The position numbers were made by a program, and so were the translations under genes. Shown piece after piece: positions 10,948 to 25,900 of a stretch of 64,000 nt of DNA. Below the pieces are notes generated by a model. That model did no database searches, was not told where the DNA came from, and saw only the letters and a program-made list of their open reading frames with translations. Origin of the DNA: Auanema rhodensis (taxonomy: Eukaryota; Animalia; Nematoda); the NCBI GenBank assembly GCA_964057225.1, contig OZ059900.1, forward strand, positions 21,948,001 through 22,012,000, given 5' to 3'. The stretch's first letter is position 1; each line of letters opens with the position of its first letter.

Positions 10948-13900
10948 CATAAGGGGCGTGCCCTCAGAATATGCTAATTTCCTTAATTTTCTAACCCCTG
11001 TTTTTTTGTCGTGAAAGTGGAACTAGACGTTGTACGAACAATTTTGAGCTAGGTTTCATTGACATTGCATGAGCTTGAACACATGAAATCGTAAGTCAAA
11101 ACCTTGTTTACAGCGAAATTTCCAAAAACTGGTTTTCCAGCATAATAAAATATTTCTCATGGGAAATACTGTGTTTTTGTATTTTTCTAGTGTTCAGCAT
11201 GTAAAATGATTCATTTTAGTATGTAACACGCTGAAATTCGTTGCATTTGACGACTCATATGAACAAAAATCGATTTAATCAATATTAGCCATAAGGGGCG
11301 TGCCCTCAGAATATGCTAATTTCCTTAATTTTCTAACCCCTGTTTTTTTGTCGTGAAAGTGGAACTAGACGTTGTACGAACAATTTTGAGCTAGGTTTCA
11401 TTGACATTGCATGAGTTTGAACACATGAAATCGTAAGTCAAAACCTTGTTTACAGCGAAATTTCCAAAAACTGGTTTTCCAGCATAATAAAATATTTCTC
11501 ATGGGAAATACTGTGTTTTTGTATTTTTCTAGTGTTCAGCATGTAAAATGCTTCATTTTAGTATGTAACACGCTGAAATTCGTTGCATTTGACGACTTAT
11601 ATGAACAAAAATCGATTTAATCAATATTAGCCATAAGGGGCGTGCCCTCAGAATATGCTAATTTCCTTAATTTTCTAACCCCTGTTTTTTTGTCGTGAAA
11701 GTGGAACTAGACGTTGTACGAACAATTTTGAGCTAGGTTTCATTGACATTGCATGAGTTTGAACACATGAAATCGTAAGTCAAAACCTTGTTTACAGCGA
11801 AATTTCCAAAAACTGGTTTTCCAGCATAATAAAATATTTCTCATGGGAAATACTGTGTTTTTGTATTTTTCTAGTGTTCAGCATGTAAAATGCTTCATTT
11901 TAGTATGTAACACGCTGAAATTCGTTGCATTTGACGACTCATATGAACAAAAATCGATTTAATCAATATTAGCCATAAGGGGCGTGCCCTCAGAATATGC
12001 TAATTTCCTTAATTTTCTAACCCCTGTTTTTTTGTCGTGAAAGTGGAACTAGACGTTGTACGAACAATTTTGAGCTAAGTTTCATTGACATTGCATGAGT
12101 TTGAACACATGAAATCGTAAGTCAAAACCTTGTTTACAGCGAAATTTCCAAAAACTGGTTTTCCAGCATAATAAAATATTTCTCATGGGAAATACTGTGT
12201 TTTTGTATTTTTCTAGTGTTCAGCATGTAAAATGCTTCATTTTAGTATGTAACACGCTGAAATTCGTTGCATTTGACGACTCATATGAACAAAAATCGAT
12301 TTAATCAATATTAGCCATAAGGGGCGTGCCCTCAGAATATGCTAATTTCCTTAATTTTCTAACCTCTGTTTTTTTGTCGTGAAAGTGGAACTAAACGTTG
12401 TACGAACAATTTTGAGCTAGGTTTCATTGACATTGCATGAGTTTGAACACATGAAATCGTAAGTCAAAACCTTGTTTACAGCGAAATTTCCAAAAACTGG
12501 TTTTCCAGCATAATAAAATATTTCTCATGGGAAATACTGTGTTTTTGTATTTTTCTAGTGTTCAGCATGTAAAATGCTTCATATTAGTATGTAACACGCT
12601 GAAATTCGTTGCATTTGACGACTCATATGAACAAAAATCGATTTAATCAATATTAGCCATAAGGGGCGTGCCCTCAGAATATGCTAATTTCCTTAATTTT
12701 CTAACCCCTGTTTTTTTGTCGTGAAAGTGGAACTAGACGTTGTACGAACAATTTTGAGCTAAGTTTCATTGACATTGCATGAGTTTGAACACATGAAATC
12801 GTAAGTCAAAACCTTGTTTACAGCGAAATTTCCAAAAACTGGTTTTCCAGCATAATAAAATATTTCTCATGGGAAATACTGTGTTTTTGTTTTTTTCTAG
12901 TGTTCAGCATGTAAAATGCTTCATTTTAGTATGTAACACGCTGAAATTCGTTGCATTTGACGAATCATATGAACAAAAATCGATTTAATCAATATTAGCC
13001 ATAAGGGGCGTGCCCTCAGAATATGCTAATTTCCTTAATTTTCTAACCCCTGTTTTTTTGTCGTGAAAGTGGAACTAGACGTTGTACGAACAATTTTGAG
13101 CTAGGTTTCATTGACATTGCATGAGTTTGAACACATGAAATCGTAAGTCAAAACCTTGTTTACAGCGAAATTTCCAAAAACTGGTTTTCCAGCATAATAA
13201 AATATTTCTCATGGGAAATACTGTGTTTTTGTATTTTACTAGTGTTCAGCATGTAAAATGCTTCATTTTAGTATGTAACACGCTGAAATTCGTTGCATTT
13301 GACGACTCATATGAACAAAAATCGATTTAATCAATATTAGCCATAAGGGGCGTGCCCTCAGAATATGCTAATTTCCTTAATTTTCTAACCTCTGTTTTTT
13401 TGTCGTGAAAGTGGAACTAAACGTTGTACGAACAATTTTGAGCTAGGTTTCATTGACATTGCATGAGTTTGAACACATGAAATCGTAAGTCAAAACCTTG
13501 TTTACAGCGAAATTTCCAAAAACTGGTTTTCCAGCATAATAAAATATTTCTCATGGGAAATACTGTGTTTTTGTATTTTTCTAGTGTTCAGCATGTAAAA
13601 TGCTTCATATTAGTATGTAACACGCTGAAATTCGTTGCATTTGACGACTCATATGAACAAAAATCGATTTAATCAATATTAGCCATAAGGGGCGTGCCCT
13701 CAGAATATGCTAATTTCCTTAATTTTCTAACCCCTGTTTTTTTGTCGTGAAAGTGGAACTAGACGTTGTACGAACAATTTTGAGCTAAGTTTCATTGACA
13801 TTGCATGAGTTTGAACACATGAAATCGTAAGTCAAAACCTTGTTTACAGCGAAATTTCCAAAAACTGGTTTTCCAGCATAATAAAATATTTCTCATGGGA

Positions 13901-16900
13901 AATACTGTGTTTTTGTTTTTTTCTAGTGTTCAGCATGTAAAATGCTTCATTTTAGTATGTAACACGCTGAAATTCGTTGCATTTGACGAATCATATGAAC
14001 AAAAATCGATTTAATCAATATTAGCCATAAGGGGCGTGCCCTCAGAATATGCTAATTTCCTTAATTTTCTAACCCCTGTTTTTTTGTCGTGAAAGTGGAA
14101 CTAGACGTTGTACGAACAATTTTGAGCTAGGTTTCATTGACATTGCATGAGTTTGAACACATGAAATCGTAAGTCAAAACCTTGTTTACAGCGAAATTTC
14201 CAAAAACTGGTTTTCCAGCATAATAAAATATTTCTCATGGGAAATACTGTGTTTTTGTATTTTACTAGTGTTCAGCATGTAAAATGCTTCATTTTAGTAT
14301 GTAACACGCTGAAATTCGTTGCATTTGACGACTCATATGAACAAAAATCGATTTAATCAATATTAGCCATAAGGGGCGTGCCCTCAGAATATGCTAATTT
14401 CCTTAATTTTCTAACCCCTGTTTTTTTGTCGTGAAAGTGGAACTAGACGTTGTACGAACAATTTTGAGCTAGGTTTCATTGACATTGCATGAGTTTGAAC
14501 ACATGAAATCGTAAGTCAAAACCTTGTTTACAGCGAAATTTCCAAAAACTGGTTTTCCAGCATAATAAAATATTTCTCATGGGAAATACTGTGTTTTTGT
14601 ATTTTTCTAGTGTTCAGCATGTAAAATGCTTCATTTTAGTATGTAACACGCTGAAATTCGTTGCATTTGACGACTCATATGAACAAAAATCGATTTAATC
14701 AATATTAGCCATAAGGGGCGTGCCCTCAGAATATGCTAATTTCCTTAATTTTCTAACCCCTGTTTTTTTGTCGTGAAAGTGGAACTAGACGTTGTACGAA
14801 CAATTTTGAGCTAGGTTTCATTGACATTGCATGAGTTTGAACACATGAAATCGTAAGTCAAAACCTTGTTTACAGCGAAATTTCCAAAAACTGGTTTTCC
14901 AGCATAATAAAATATTTCTCATGGGAAATACTGTGTTTTTGTATTTTTCTAGTGTTCAGCATGTAAAATGCTTCATTTTAGTATGTAACACGCTGAAATT
15001 CGTTGCATTCGACGACTCATATGAACAAAAATCGATTTAATCAATATTAGCCATAAGGGGCGTGCCCTCAGAATATGCTAATTTCCTTAATTTTCTAACC
15101 CCTGTTTTTTTGTCGTGAAAGTGGAACTACACGTTGTACGAACAATTTTGAGCTAGGTTTCATTGACATTGCATGAGTTTGAACACATGAAATCGTAAGT
15201 CAAAACCTTGTTTACAGCGAAATTTCCAAAAACTGGTTTTCCAGCATAATAAAATATTTCTCATGGGAAATACTGTGTTTTCGTATTTTTCTAGTGTTCA
15301 GCATGTAAAATGCTTCATTTTAGTATGTAACACGCTGAAATTCGTTGCATTTGACGAATCATATGAACAAAAATCGATTTAATCAATATTAGCCATAAGG
15401 GGCGTGCCCTCAGAATATGCTAATTTCCTTAATTTTCTAACCCCTGTTTTTTTGTCGTGAAAGTGGAACTAGACGTTGTACGAACAATTTTGAGCTAGGT
15501 TTCATTGACATTGCATGAGTTTGAACACATGAAATCGTAAGTCAAAACCTTGTTTACAGCGAAATTTCCAAAAACTGGTTTTCCAGCATAATAAAATATT
15601 TCTCATGGGAAATACTGTGTTTTTGTATTTTACTAGTGTTCAGCATGTAAAATGCTTCATTTTAGTATGTAACACGCTGAAATTCGTTGCATTTGACGAC
15701 TCATATGAACAAAAATCGATTTAATCAATATTAGCCATAAGGGGCGTGCCCTCAGAATATGCTAATTTCCTTAATTTTCTAACCCCTGTTTTTTTGTCGT
15801 GAAAGTGGAACTAGACGTTGTACGAACAATTTTGAGCTAGGTTTCATTGACATTGCATGAGTTTGAACACATGAAATCGTAAGTCAAAACCTTGTTTACA
15901 GCGAAATTTCCAAAAACTGGTTTTCCAGCATAATAAAATATTTCTCATGGGAAATACTGTGTTTTTGTATTTTTCTAGTGTTCAGCATGTAAAATGCTTC
16001 ATTTTAGTATGTAACACGCTGAAATTCGTTGCATTTGACGACTCATATGAACAAAAATCGATTTAATCAATATTAGCCATAAGGGGCGTGCCCTCAGAAT
16101 ATGCTAATTTCCTTAATTTTCTAACCTCTGTTTTTTTGTCGTGAAAGTGGAACTAAACGTTGTACGAACAATTTTGAGCTAGGTTTCATTGACATTGCAT
16201 GAGTTTGAACACATGAAATCGTAAGTCAAAACCTTGTTTACAGCGAAATTTCCAAAAACTGGTTTTCCAGCATAATAAAATATTTCTCATGGGAAATACT
16301 GTGTTTTTGTATTTTTCTAGTGTTCAGCATGTAAAATGCTTCATATTAGTATGTAACACGCTGAAATTCGTTGCATTTGACGACTCATATGAACAAAAAT
16401 CGATTTAATCAATATTAGCCATAAGGGGCGTGCCCTCAGAATATGCTAATTTCCTTAATTTTCTAACCTCTGTTTTTTTGTCGTGAAAGTGGAACTAAAC
16501 GTTGTACGAACAATTTTGAGCTAGGTTTCATTGACATTGCATGAGTTTGAACACATGAAATCGTAAGTCAAAACCTTGTTTACAGCGAAATTTCCAAAAA
16601 CTGGTTTTCCAGCATAATAAAATATTTCTCATGGGAAATACTGTGTTTTTGTTTTTTTCTAGTGTTCAGCATGTAAAATGCTTCATTTTAGTATGTAACA
16701 CGCTGAAATTCGTTGCATTTGACGAATCATATGAACAAAAATCGATTTAATCAATATTAGCCATAAGGGGCGTGCCCTCAGAATATGCTAATTTCCTTAA
16801 TTTTCTAACCCCTGTTTTTTTGTCGTGAAAGTGGAACTAGACGTTGTACGAACAATTTTGAGCTAGGTTTCATTGACATTGCATGAGTTTGAACACATGA

Positions 16901-19900
16901 AATCGTAAGTCAAAACCTTGTTTACAGCGAAATTTCCAAAAACTGGTTTTCCAGCATAATAAAATATTTCTCATGGGAAATACTGTGTTTTTGTATTTTA
17001 CTAGTGTTCAGCATGTAAAATGCTTCATTTTAGTATGTAACACGCTGAAATTCGTTGCATTTGACGACTCATATGAACAAAAATCGATTTAATCAATATT
17101 AGCCATAAGGGGCGTGCCCTCAGAATATGCTAATTTCCTTAATTTTCTAACCTCTGTTTTTTTGTCGTGAAAGTGGAACTAAACGTTGTACGAACAATTT
17201 TGAGCTAGGTTTCATTGACATTGCATGAGTTTGAACACATGAAATCGTAAGTCAAAACCTTGTTTACAGCGAAATTTCCAAAAACTGGTTTTCCAGCATA
17301 ATAAAATATTTCTCATGGGAAATACTGTGTTTTTGTTTTTTTCTAGTGTTCAGCATGTAAAATGCTTTATTTTAGTATGTAACACGCTGAAATTCGTTGC
17401 ATTTGACGAATCATATGAACAAAAATCGATTTAATCAATATTAGCCATAAGGGGCGTGCCCTCAGAATATGCTAATTTCCTTAATTTTCTAACCCCTGTT
17501 TTTTTGTCGTGAAAGTGGAACTAGACGTTGTACGAACAATTTTGAGCTAGGTTTCATTGACATTGCATGAGTTTGAACACATGAAATCGTAAGTCAAAAC
17601 CTTGTTTACAGCGAAATTTCCAAAAACTGGTTTTCCAGCATAATAAAATATTTCTCATGGGAAATACTGTGTTTTTGTATTTTACTAGTGTTCAGCATGT
17701 AAAATGCTTCATTTTAGTATGTAACACGCTGAAATTCGTTGCATTTGACGACTCATATGAACAAAAATCGATTTAATCAATATTAGCCATAAGGGGCGTG
17801 CCCTCAGAATATGCTAATTTCCTTAATTTTCTAACCTCTGTTTTTTTGTCGTGAAAGTGGAACTAAACGTTGTACGAACAATTTTGAGCTAGGTTTCATT
17901 GACATTGCATGAGTTTGAACACATGAAATCGTAAGTCAAAACCTTGTTTACAGCGAAATTTCCAAAAACTGGTTTTCCAGCATAATAAAATATTTCTCAT
18001 GGGAAATACTGTGTTTTTGTATTTTTCTAGTGTTCAGCATGTAAAATGCTTCATATTAGTATGTAACACGCTGAAATTCGTTGCATTTGACGACTCATAT
18101 GAACAAAAATCGATTTAATCAATATTAGCCATAAGGGGCGTGCCCTCAGAATATGCTAATTTCCTTAATTTTCTAACCCCTGTTTTTTTGTCGTGAAAGT
18201 GGAACTAGACGTTGTACGAACAATTTTGAGCTAAGTTTCATTGACATTGCATGAGTTTGAACACATGAAATCGTAAGTCAAAACCTTGTTTACAGCGAAA
18301 TTTCCAAAAACTGGTTTTCCAGCATAATAAAATATTTCTCATGGGAAATACTGTGTTTTTGTTTTTTTCTAGTGTTCAGCATGTAAAATGCTTCATTTTA
18401 GTATGTAACACGCTGAAATTCGTTGCATTTGACGAATCATATGAACAAAAATCGATTTAATCAATATTAGCCATAAGGGGCGTGCCCTCAGAATATGCTA
18501 ATTTCCTTAATTTTCTAACCCCTGTTTTTTTGTCGTGAAAGTGGAACTAGACGTTGTACGAACAATTTTGAGCTAGGTTTCATTGACATTGCATGAGTTT
18601 GAACACATGAAATCGTAAGTCAAAACCTTGTTTACAGCGAAATTTCCAAAAACTGGTTTTCCAGCATAATAAAATATTTCTCATGGGAAATACTGTGTTT
18701 TTGTATTTTACTAGTGTTCAGCATGTAAAATGCTTCATTTTAGTATGTAACACGCTGAAATTCGTTGCATTTGACGACTCATATGAACAAAAATCGATTT
18801 AATCAATATTAGCCATAAGGGGCGTGCCCTCAGAATATGCTAATTTCCTTAATTTTCTAACCTCTGTTTTTTTGTCGTGAAAGTGGAACTAAACGTTGTA
18901 CGAACAATTTTGAGCTAGGTTTCATTGACATTGCATGAGTTTGAACACATGAAATCGTAAGTCAAAACCTTGTTTACAGCGAAATTTCCAAAAACTGGTT
19001 TTCCAGCATAATAAAATATTTCTCATGGGAAATACTGTGTTTTTGTATTTTTCTAGTGTTCAGCATGTAAAATGCTTCATATTAGTATGTAACACGCTGA
19101 AATTCGTTGCATTTGACGACTCATATGAACAAAAATCGATTTAATCAATATTAGCCATAAGGGGCGTGCCCTCAGAATATGCTAATTTCCTTAATTTTCT
19201 AACCCCTGTTTTTTTGTCGTGAAAGTGGAACTAGACGTTGTACGAACAATTTTGAGCTAAGTTTCATTGACATTGCATGAGTTTGAACACATGAAATCGT
19301 AAGTCAAAACCTTGTTTACAGCGAAATTTCCAAAAACTGGTTTTCCAGCATAATAAAATATTTCTCATGGGAAATACTGTGTTTTTGTTTTTTTCTAGTG
19401 TTCAGCATGTAAAATGCTTCATTTTAGTATGTAACACGCTGAAATTCGTTGCATTTGACGAATCATATGAACAAAAATCGATTTAATCAATATTAGCCAT
19501 AAGGGGCGTGCCCTCAGAATATGCTAATTTCCTTAATTTTCTAACCCCTGTTTTTTTGTCGTGAAAGTGGAACTAGACGTTGTACGAACAATTTTGAGCT
19601 AGGTTTCATTGACATTGCATGAGTTTGAACACATGAAATCGTAAGTCAAAACCTTGTTTACAGCGAAATTTCCAAAAACTGGTTTTCCAGCATAATAAAA
19701 TATTTCTCATGGGAAATACTGTGTTTTTGTATTTTACTAGTGTTCAGCATGTAAAATGCTTCATTTTAGTATGTAACACGCTGAAATTCGTTGCATTTGA
19801 CGACTCATATGAACAAAAATCGATTTAATCAATATTAGCCATAAGGGGCGTGCCCTCAGAATATGCTAATTTCCTTAATTTTCTAACCCCTGTTTTTTTG

Positions 19901-22900
19901 TCGTGAAAGTGGAACTAGACGTTGTACGAACAATTTTGAGCTAGGTTTCATTGACATTGCATGAGTTTGAACACATGAAATCGTAAGTCAAAACCTTGTT
20001 TACAGCGAAATTTCCAAAAACTGGTTTTCCAGCATAATAAAATATTTCTCATGGGAAATACTGTGTTTTTGTATTTTTCTAGTGTTCAGCATGTAAAATG
20101 CTTCATTTTAGTATGTAACACGCTGAAATTCGTTGCATTTGACGACTCATATGAACAAAAATCGATTTAATCAATATTAGCCATAAGGGGCGTGCCCTCA
20201 GAATATGCTAATTTCCTTAATTTTCTAACCCCTGTTTTTTTGTCGTGAAAGTGGAACTAGACGTTGTACGAACAATTTTGAGCTAGGTTTCATTGACATT
20301 GCATGAGTTTGAACACATGAAATCGTAAGTCAAAACCTTGTTTACAGCGAAATTTCCAAAAACTGGTTTTCCAGCATAATAAAATATTTCTCATGGGAAA
20401 TACTGTGTTTTTGTATTTTACTAGTGTTCAGCATGTAAAATGCTTCATTTTAGTATGTAACACGCTGAAATTCGTTGCATTTGACGACTCATATGAACAA
20501 AAATCGATTTAATCAATATTAGCCATAAGGGGCGTGCCCTCAGAATATGCTAATTTCCTTAATTTTCTAACCCCTGTTTTTTTGTCGTGAAAGTGGAACT
20601 AGACGTTGTACGAACAATTTTGAGCTAGGTTTCATTGACATTGCATGAGTTTGAACACATGAAATCGTAAGTCAAAACCTTGTTTACAGCGAAATTTCCA
20701 AAAACTGGTTTTCCAGCATAATAAAATATTTCTCATGGGAAATACTGTGTTTTTGTATTTTTCTAGTGTTCAGCATGTAAAATGCTTCATTTTAGTATGT
20801 AACACGCTGAAATTCGTTGCATTTGACGACTCATATGAACAAAAATCGATTTAATCAATATTAGCCATAAGGGGCGTGCCCTCAGAATATGCTAATTTCC
20901 TTAATTTTCTAACCTCTGTTTTTTTGTCGTGAAAGTGGAACTAAACGTTGTACGAACAATTTTGAGCTAGGTTTCATTGACATTGCATGAGTTTGAACAC
21001 ATGAAATCGTAAGTCAAAACCTTGTTTACAGCGAAATTTCCAAAAACTGGTTTTCCAGCATAATAAAATATTTCTCATGGGAAATACTGTGTTTTTGTAT
21101 TTTTCTAGTGTTCAGCATGTAAAATGCTTCATATTAGTATGTAACACGCTGAAATTCGTTGCATTTGACGACTCATATGAACAAAAATCGATTTAATCAA
21201 TATTAGCCATAAGGGGCGTGCCCTCAGAATATGCTAATTTCCTTAATTTTCTAACCCCTGTTTTTTTGTCGTGAAAGTGGAACTAGACGTTGTACGAACA
21301 ATTTTGAGCTAGGTTTCATTGACATTGCATGAGTTTGAACACATGAAATCGTAAGTCAAAACCTTGTTTACAGCGAAATTTCCAAAAACTGGTTTTCCAG
21401 CATAATAAAATATTTCTCATGGGAAATACTGTGTTTTTGTATTTTACTAGTGTTCAGCATGTAAAATGCTTCATTTTAGTATGTAACACGCTGAAATTCG
21501 TTGCATTTGACGAATCATATGAACAAAAATCGATTTAATCAATATTAGCCATAAGGGGCGTGCCCTCAGAATATGCTAATTTCCTTAATTTTCTAACCCC
21601 TGTTTTTTTGTCGTGAAAGTGGAACTAGACGTTGTACGAACAATTTTGAGCTAGGTTTCATTGACATTGCATGAGTTTGAACACATGAAATCGTAAGTCA
21701 AAACCTTGTTTACAGCGAAATTTCCAAAAACTGGTTTTCCAGCATAATAAAATATTTCTCATGGGAAATACTGTGTTTTTGTATTTTACTAGTGTTCAGC
21801 ATGTAAAATGCTTCATTTTAGTATGTAACACGCTGAAATTCGTTGCATTTGACGACTCATATGAACAAAAATCGATTTAATCAATATTAGCCATAAGGGG
21901 CGTGCCCTCAGAATATGCTAATTTCCTTAATTTTCTAACCCCTGTTTTTTTGTCGTGAAAGTGGAACTAAACGTTGTACGAACAATTTTGAGCTAGGTTT
22001 CATTGACATTGCATGAGTTTGAACACATGAAATCGTAAGTCAAAACCTTGTTTACAGCGAAATTTCCAAAAACTGGTTTTCCAGCATAATAAAATATTTC
22101 TCATGAGAAATACTGTGTTTTTGTATTTTTCTAGTGTTCAGCATGTAAAATGCTTCATTTTAGTATGTAACACGCTGAAATTCGTTGCATTTGACGACTC
22201 ATATGAACAAAAATCGATTTAATCAATATTAGCCATAAGGGGCGTGCCCTCAGAATATGCTAATTTCCTTAATTTTCTAACCCCTGTTTTTTTGTCGTGA
22301 AAGTGGAACTAGACGTTGTACGAACAATTTTGAGCTAGGTTTCATTGACATTGCATGAGTTTGAACACATGAAATCGTAAGTCAAAACCTTGTTTACAGC
22401 GAAATTTCCAAAAACTGGTTTTCCAGCATAATAAAATATTTCTCATGGGAAATACTGTGTTTTTGTATTTTTCTAGTGTTCAGCATGTAAAATGCTTCAT
22501 TTTAGTATGTAACACGCTGAAATTCGTTGCATTTGACGACTCATATGAACAAAAATCGATTTAATCAATATTAGCCATAAGGGGCGTGCCCTCAGAATAT
22601 GCTAATTTCCTTAATTTTCTAACCCCTGTTTTTTTGTCGTGAAAGTGGAACTAGACGTTGTACGAACAATTTTGAGCTAGGTTTCATTGACATTGCATGA
22701 GTTTGAACACATGAAATCGTAAGTCAAAACCTTGTTTACAGCGAAATTTCCAAAAACTGGTTTTCCAGCATAATAAAATATTTCTCATGGGAAATACTGT
22801 GTTTTTGTATTTTTCTAGTGTTCAGCATGTAAAATGCTTCATTTTAGTATGTAACACGCTGAAATTCGTTGCATTCGACGACTCATATGAACAAAAATCG

Positions 22901-25900
22901 ATTTAATCAATATTAGCCATAAGGGGCGTGCCCTCAGAATATGCTAATTTCCTTAATTTTCTAACCCCTGTTTTTTTGTCGTGAAAGTGGAACTACACGT
23001 TGTACGAACAATTTTGAGCTAGGTTTCATTGACATTGCATGAGTTTGAACACATGAAATCGTAAGTCAAAACCTTGTTTACAGCGAAATTTCCAAAAACT
23101 GGTTTTCCAGCATAATAAAATATTTCTCATGGGAAATACTGTGTTTTCGTAATTTTCTAGTGTTCAGCATGTAAAATGCTTCATTTTAGTATGTAACACG
23201 CTGAAATTCGTTGCATTTGACGAATCATATGAACAAAAATCGATTTAATCAATATTAGCCATAAGGGGCGTGCCCTCAGAATATGCTAATTTCCTTAATT
23301 TTCTAACCCCTGTTTTTTTGTCGTGAAAGTGGAACTAGACGTTGTACGAACAATTTTGAGCTAGGTTTCATTGACATTGCATGAGTTTGAACACATGAAA
23401 TCGTAAGTCAAAACCTTGTTTACAGCGAAATTTCCAAAAACTGGTTTTCCAGCATAATAAAATATTTCTCATGGGAAATACTGTGTTTTTGTATTTTACT
23501 AGTGTTCAGCATGTAAAATGCTTCATTTTAGTATGTAACACGCTGAAATTCGTTGCATTTGACGACTCATATGAACAAAAATCGATTTAATCAATATTAG
23601 CCATAAGGGGCGTGCCCTCAGAATATGCTAATTTCCTTAATTTTCTAACCCCTGTTTTTTTGTCGTGAAAGTGGAACTAGACGTTGTACGAACAATTTTG
23701 AGCTAGGTTTCATTGACATTGCATGAGTTTGAACACATGAAATCGTAAGTCAAAACCTTGTTTACAGCGAAATTTCCAAAAACTGGTTTTCCAGCATAAT
23801 AAAATATTTCTCATGGGAAATACTGTGTTTTCGTATTTTTCTAGTGTTCAGCATGTAAAATGCTTCATTTTAGTATGTAACACGCTGAAATTCGTTGCAT
23901 TTGACGACTCATATGAACAAAAATCGATTTAATCAATATTAGCCATAAGGGGCGTGCCCTCAGAATATGCTAATTTCCTTAATTTTCTAACCCCTGTTTT
24001 TTTGTCGTGAAAGTGGAACTAGACGTTGTACGAACAATTTTGAGCTAGGTTTCATTGACATTGCATGAGTTTGAACACATGAAATCGTAAGTCAAAACCT
24101 TGTTTACAGCGAAATTTCCAAAAACTGGTTTTCCAGCATAATAAAATATTTCTCATGGGAAATACTGTGTTTTTGTATTTTTCTAGTGTTCAGCATGTAA
24201 AATGCTTCATTTTAGTATGTAACACGCTGAAATTCGTTGCATTCGACGACTCATATGAACAAAAATCGATTTAATCAATATTAGCCATAAGGGGCGTGCC
24301 CTCAGAATATGCTAATTTCCTTAATTTTCTAACCCCTGTTTTTTTGTCGTGAAAGTGGAACTACACGTTGTACGAACAATTTTGAGCTAGGTTTCATTGA
24401 CATTGCATGAGTTTGAACACATGAAATCGTAAGTCAAAACCTTGTTTACAGCGAAATTTCCAAAAACTGGTTTTCCAGCATAATAAAATATTTCTCATGA
24501 GAAATACTGTGTTTTCGTATTTTTCTAGTGTTCAGCATGTAAAATGCTTCATTTTAGTATGTAACACGCTGAAATTCGTTGCATTTGACGACTCATATGA
24601 ACAAAAATCGATTTAATCAATATTAGCCATAAGGGGCGTGCCCTCAGAATATGCTAATTTCCTTAATTTTCTAACCCCTGTTTTTTTGTCGTGAAAGTGG
24701 AACTAGACGTTGTACGAACAATTTTGAGCTAGGTTTCATTGACATTGCATGAGTTTGAACACATGAAATCGTAAGTCAAAACCTTGTTTACAGCGAAATT
24801 TCCAAAAACTGGTTTTCCAGCATAATAAAATATTTCTCATGGGAAATACTGTGTTTTTGTATTTTACTAGTGTTCAGCATGTAAAATGCTTCATTTTAGT
24901 ATGTAACACGCTGAAATTCGTTGCATTTGACGACTCATATGAACAAAAATCGATTTAATCAATATTAGCCATAAGGGGCGTGCCCTCAGAATATGCTAAT
25001 TTCCTTCATTTTCTAACCCCTGTTTTTTTGTCGTGAAAGTGGAACTAGACGTTGTACGAACAATTTTGAGCTAGGTTTCATTGACATTGCATGAGTTTGA
25101 ACACATGAAATCGTAAGTCAAAACCTTGTTTACAGCGAAATTTCCAAAAACTGGTTTTCCAGCATAATAAAATATTTCTCATGGGAAATACTGTGTTTTT
25201 GTATTTTTCTAGTGTTCAGCATGTAAAATGCTTCATTTTAGTATGTAACACGCTGAAATTCGTTGCATTTGACGACTCATATGAACAAAAATCGATTTAA
25301 TCAATATTAGCCATAAGGGGCGTGCCCTCAGAATATGCTAATTTCCTTAATTTTCTAACCCCTGTTTTTTTTGTCGTGAAAGTGGAACTAGACGTTGTAC
25401 GAATAATTTTGAGCTAGGTTTCATTGACATTGCATGAGTTTGAACACATGAAATCGTAAGTCAAAACCTTGTTTACAGCGAAATTTCCAAAAACTGGTTT
25501 TCCAGCATAATAAAATATTTCTCATGGGAAATACTGTGTTTTTGTATTTTTCTAGTGTTCAGCATGTAAAATGCTTCATTTTAGTATGTAACACGCTGAA
25601 ATTCGTTGCATTCGACGACTCATATGAACAAAAATCGATTTAATCAATATTAGCCATAAGGGGCGTGCCCTCAGAATATGCTAATTTCCTTAATTTTATA
25701 ACCCCTGTTTTTTTGTCGTGAAAGTGGAACTACACGTTGTACGAACAATTTTGAGCTAGGTTTCATTGACATTGCATGAGTTTGAACACATGAAATCGTA
25801 AGTCAAAACCTTGTTTACAGCGAAATTTCCAAAAACTGGTTTTCCAGCATAATAAAATATTTCTCATGGGAAATACTGTGTTTTTGTATTTTTCTAGTGT

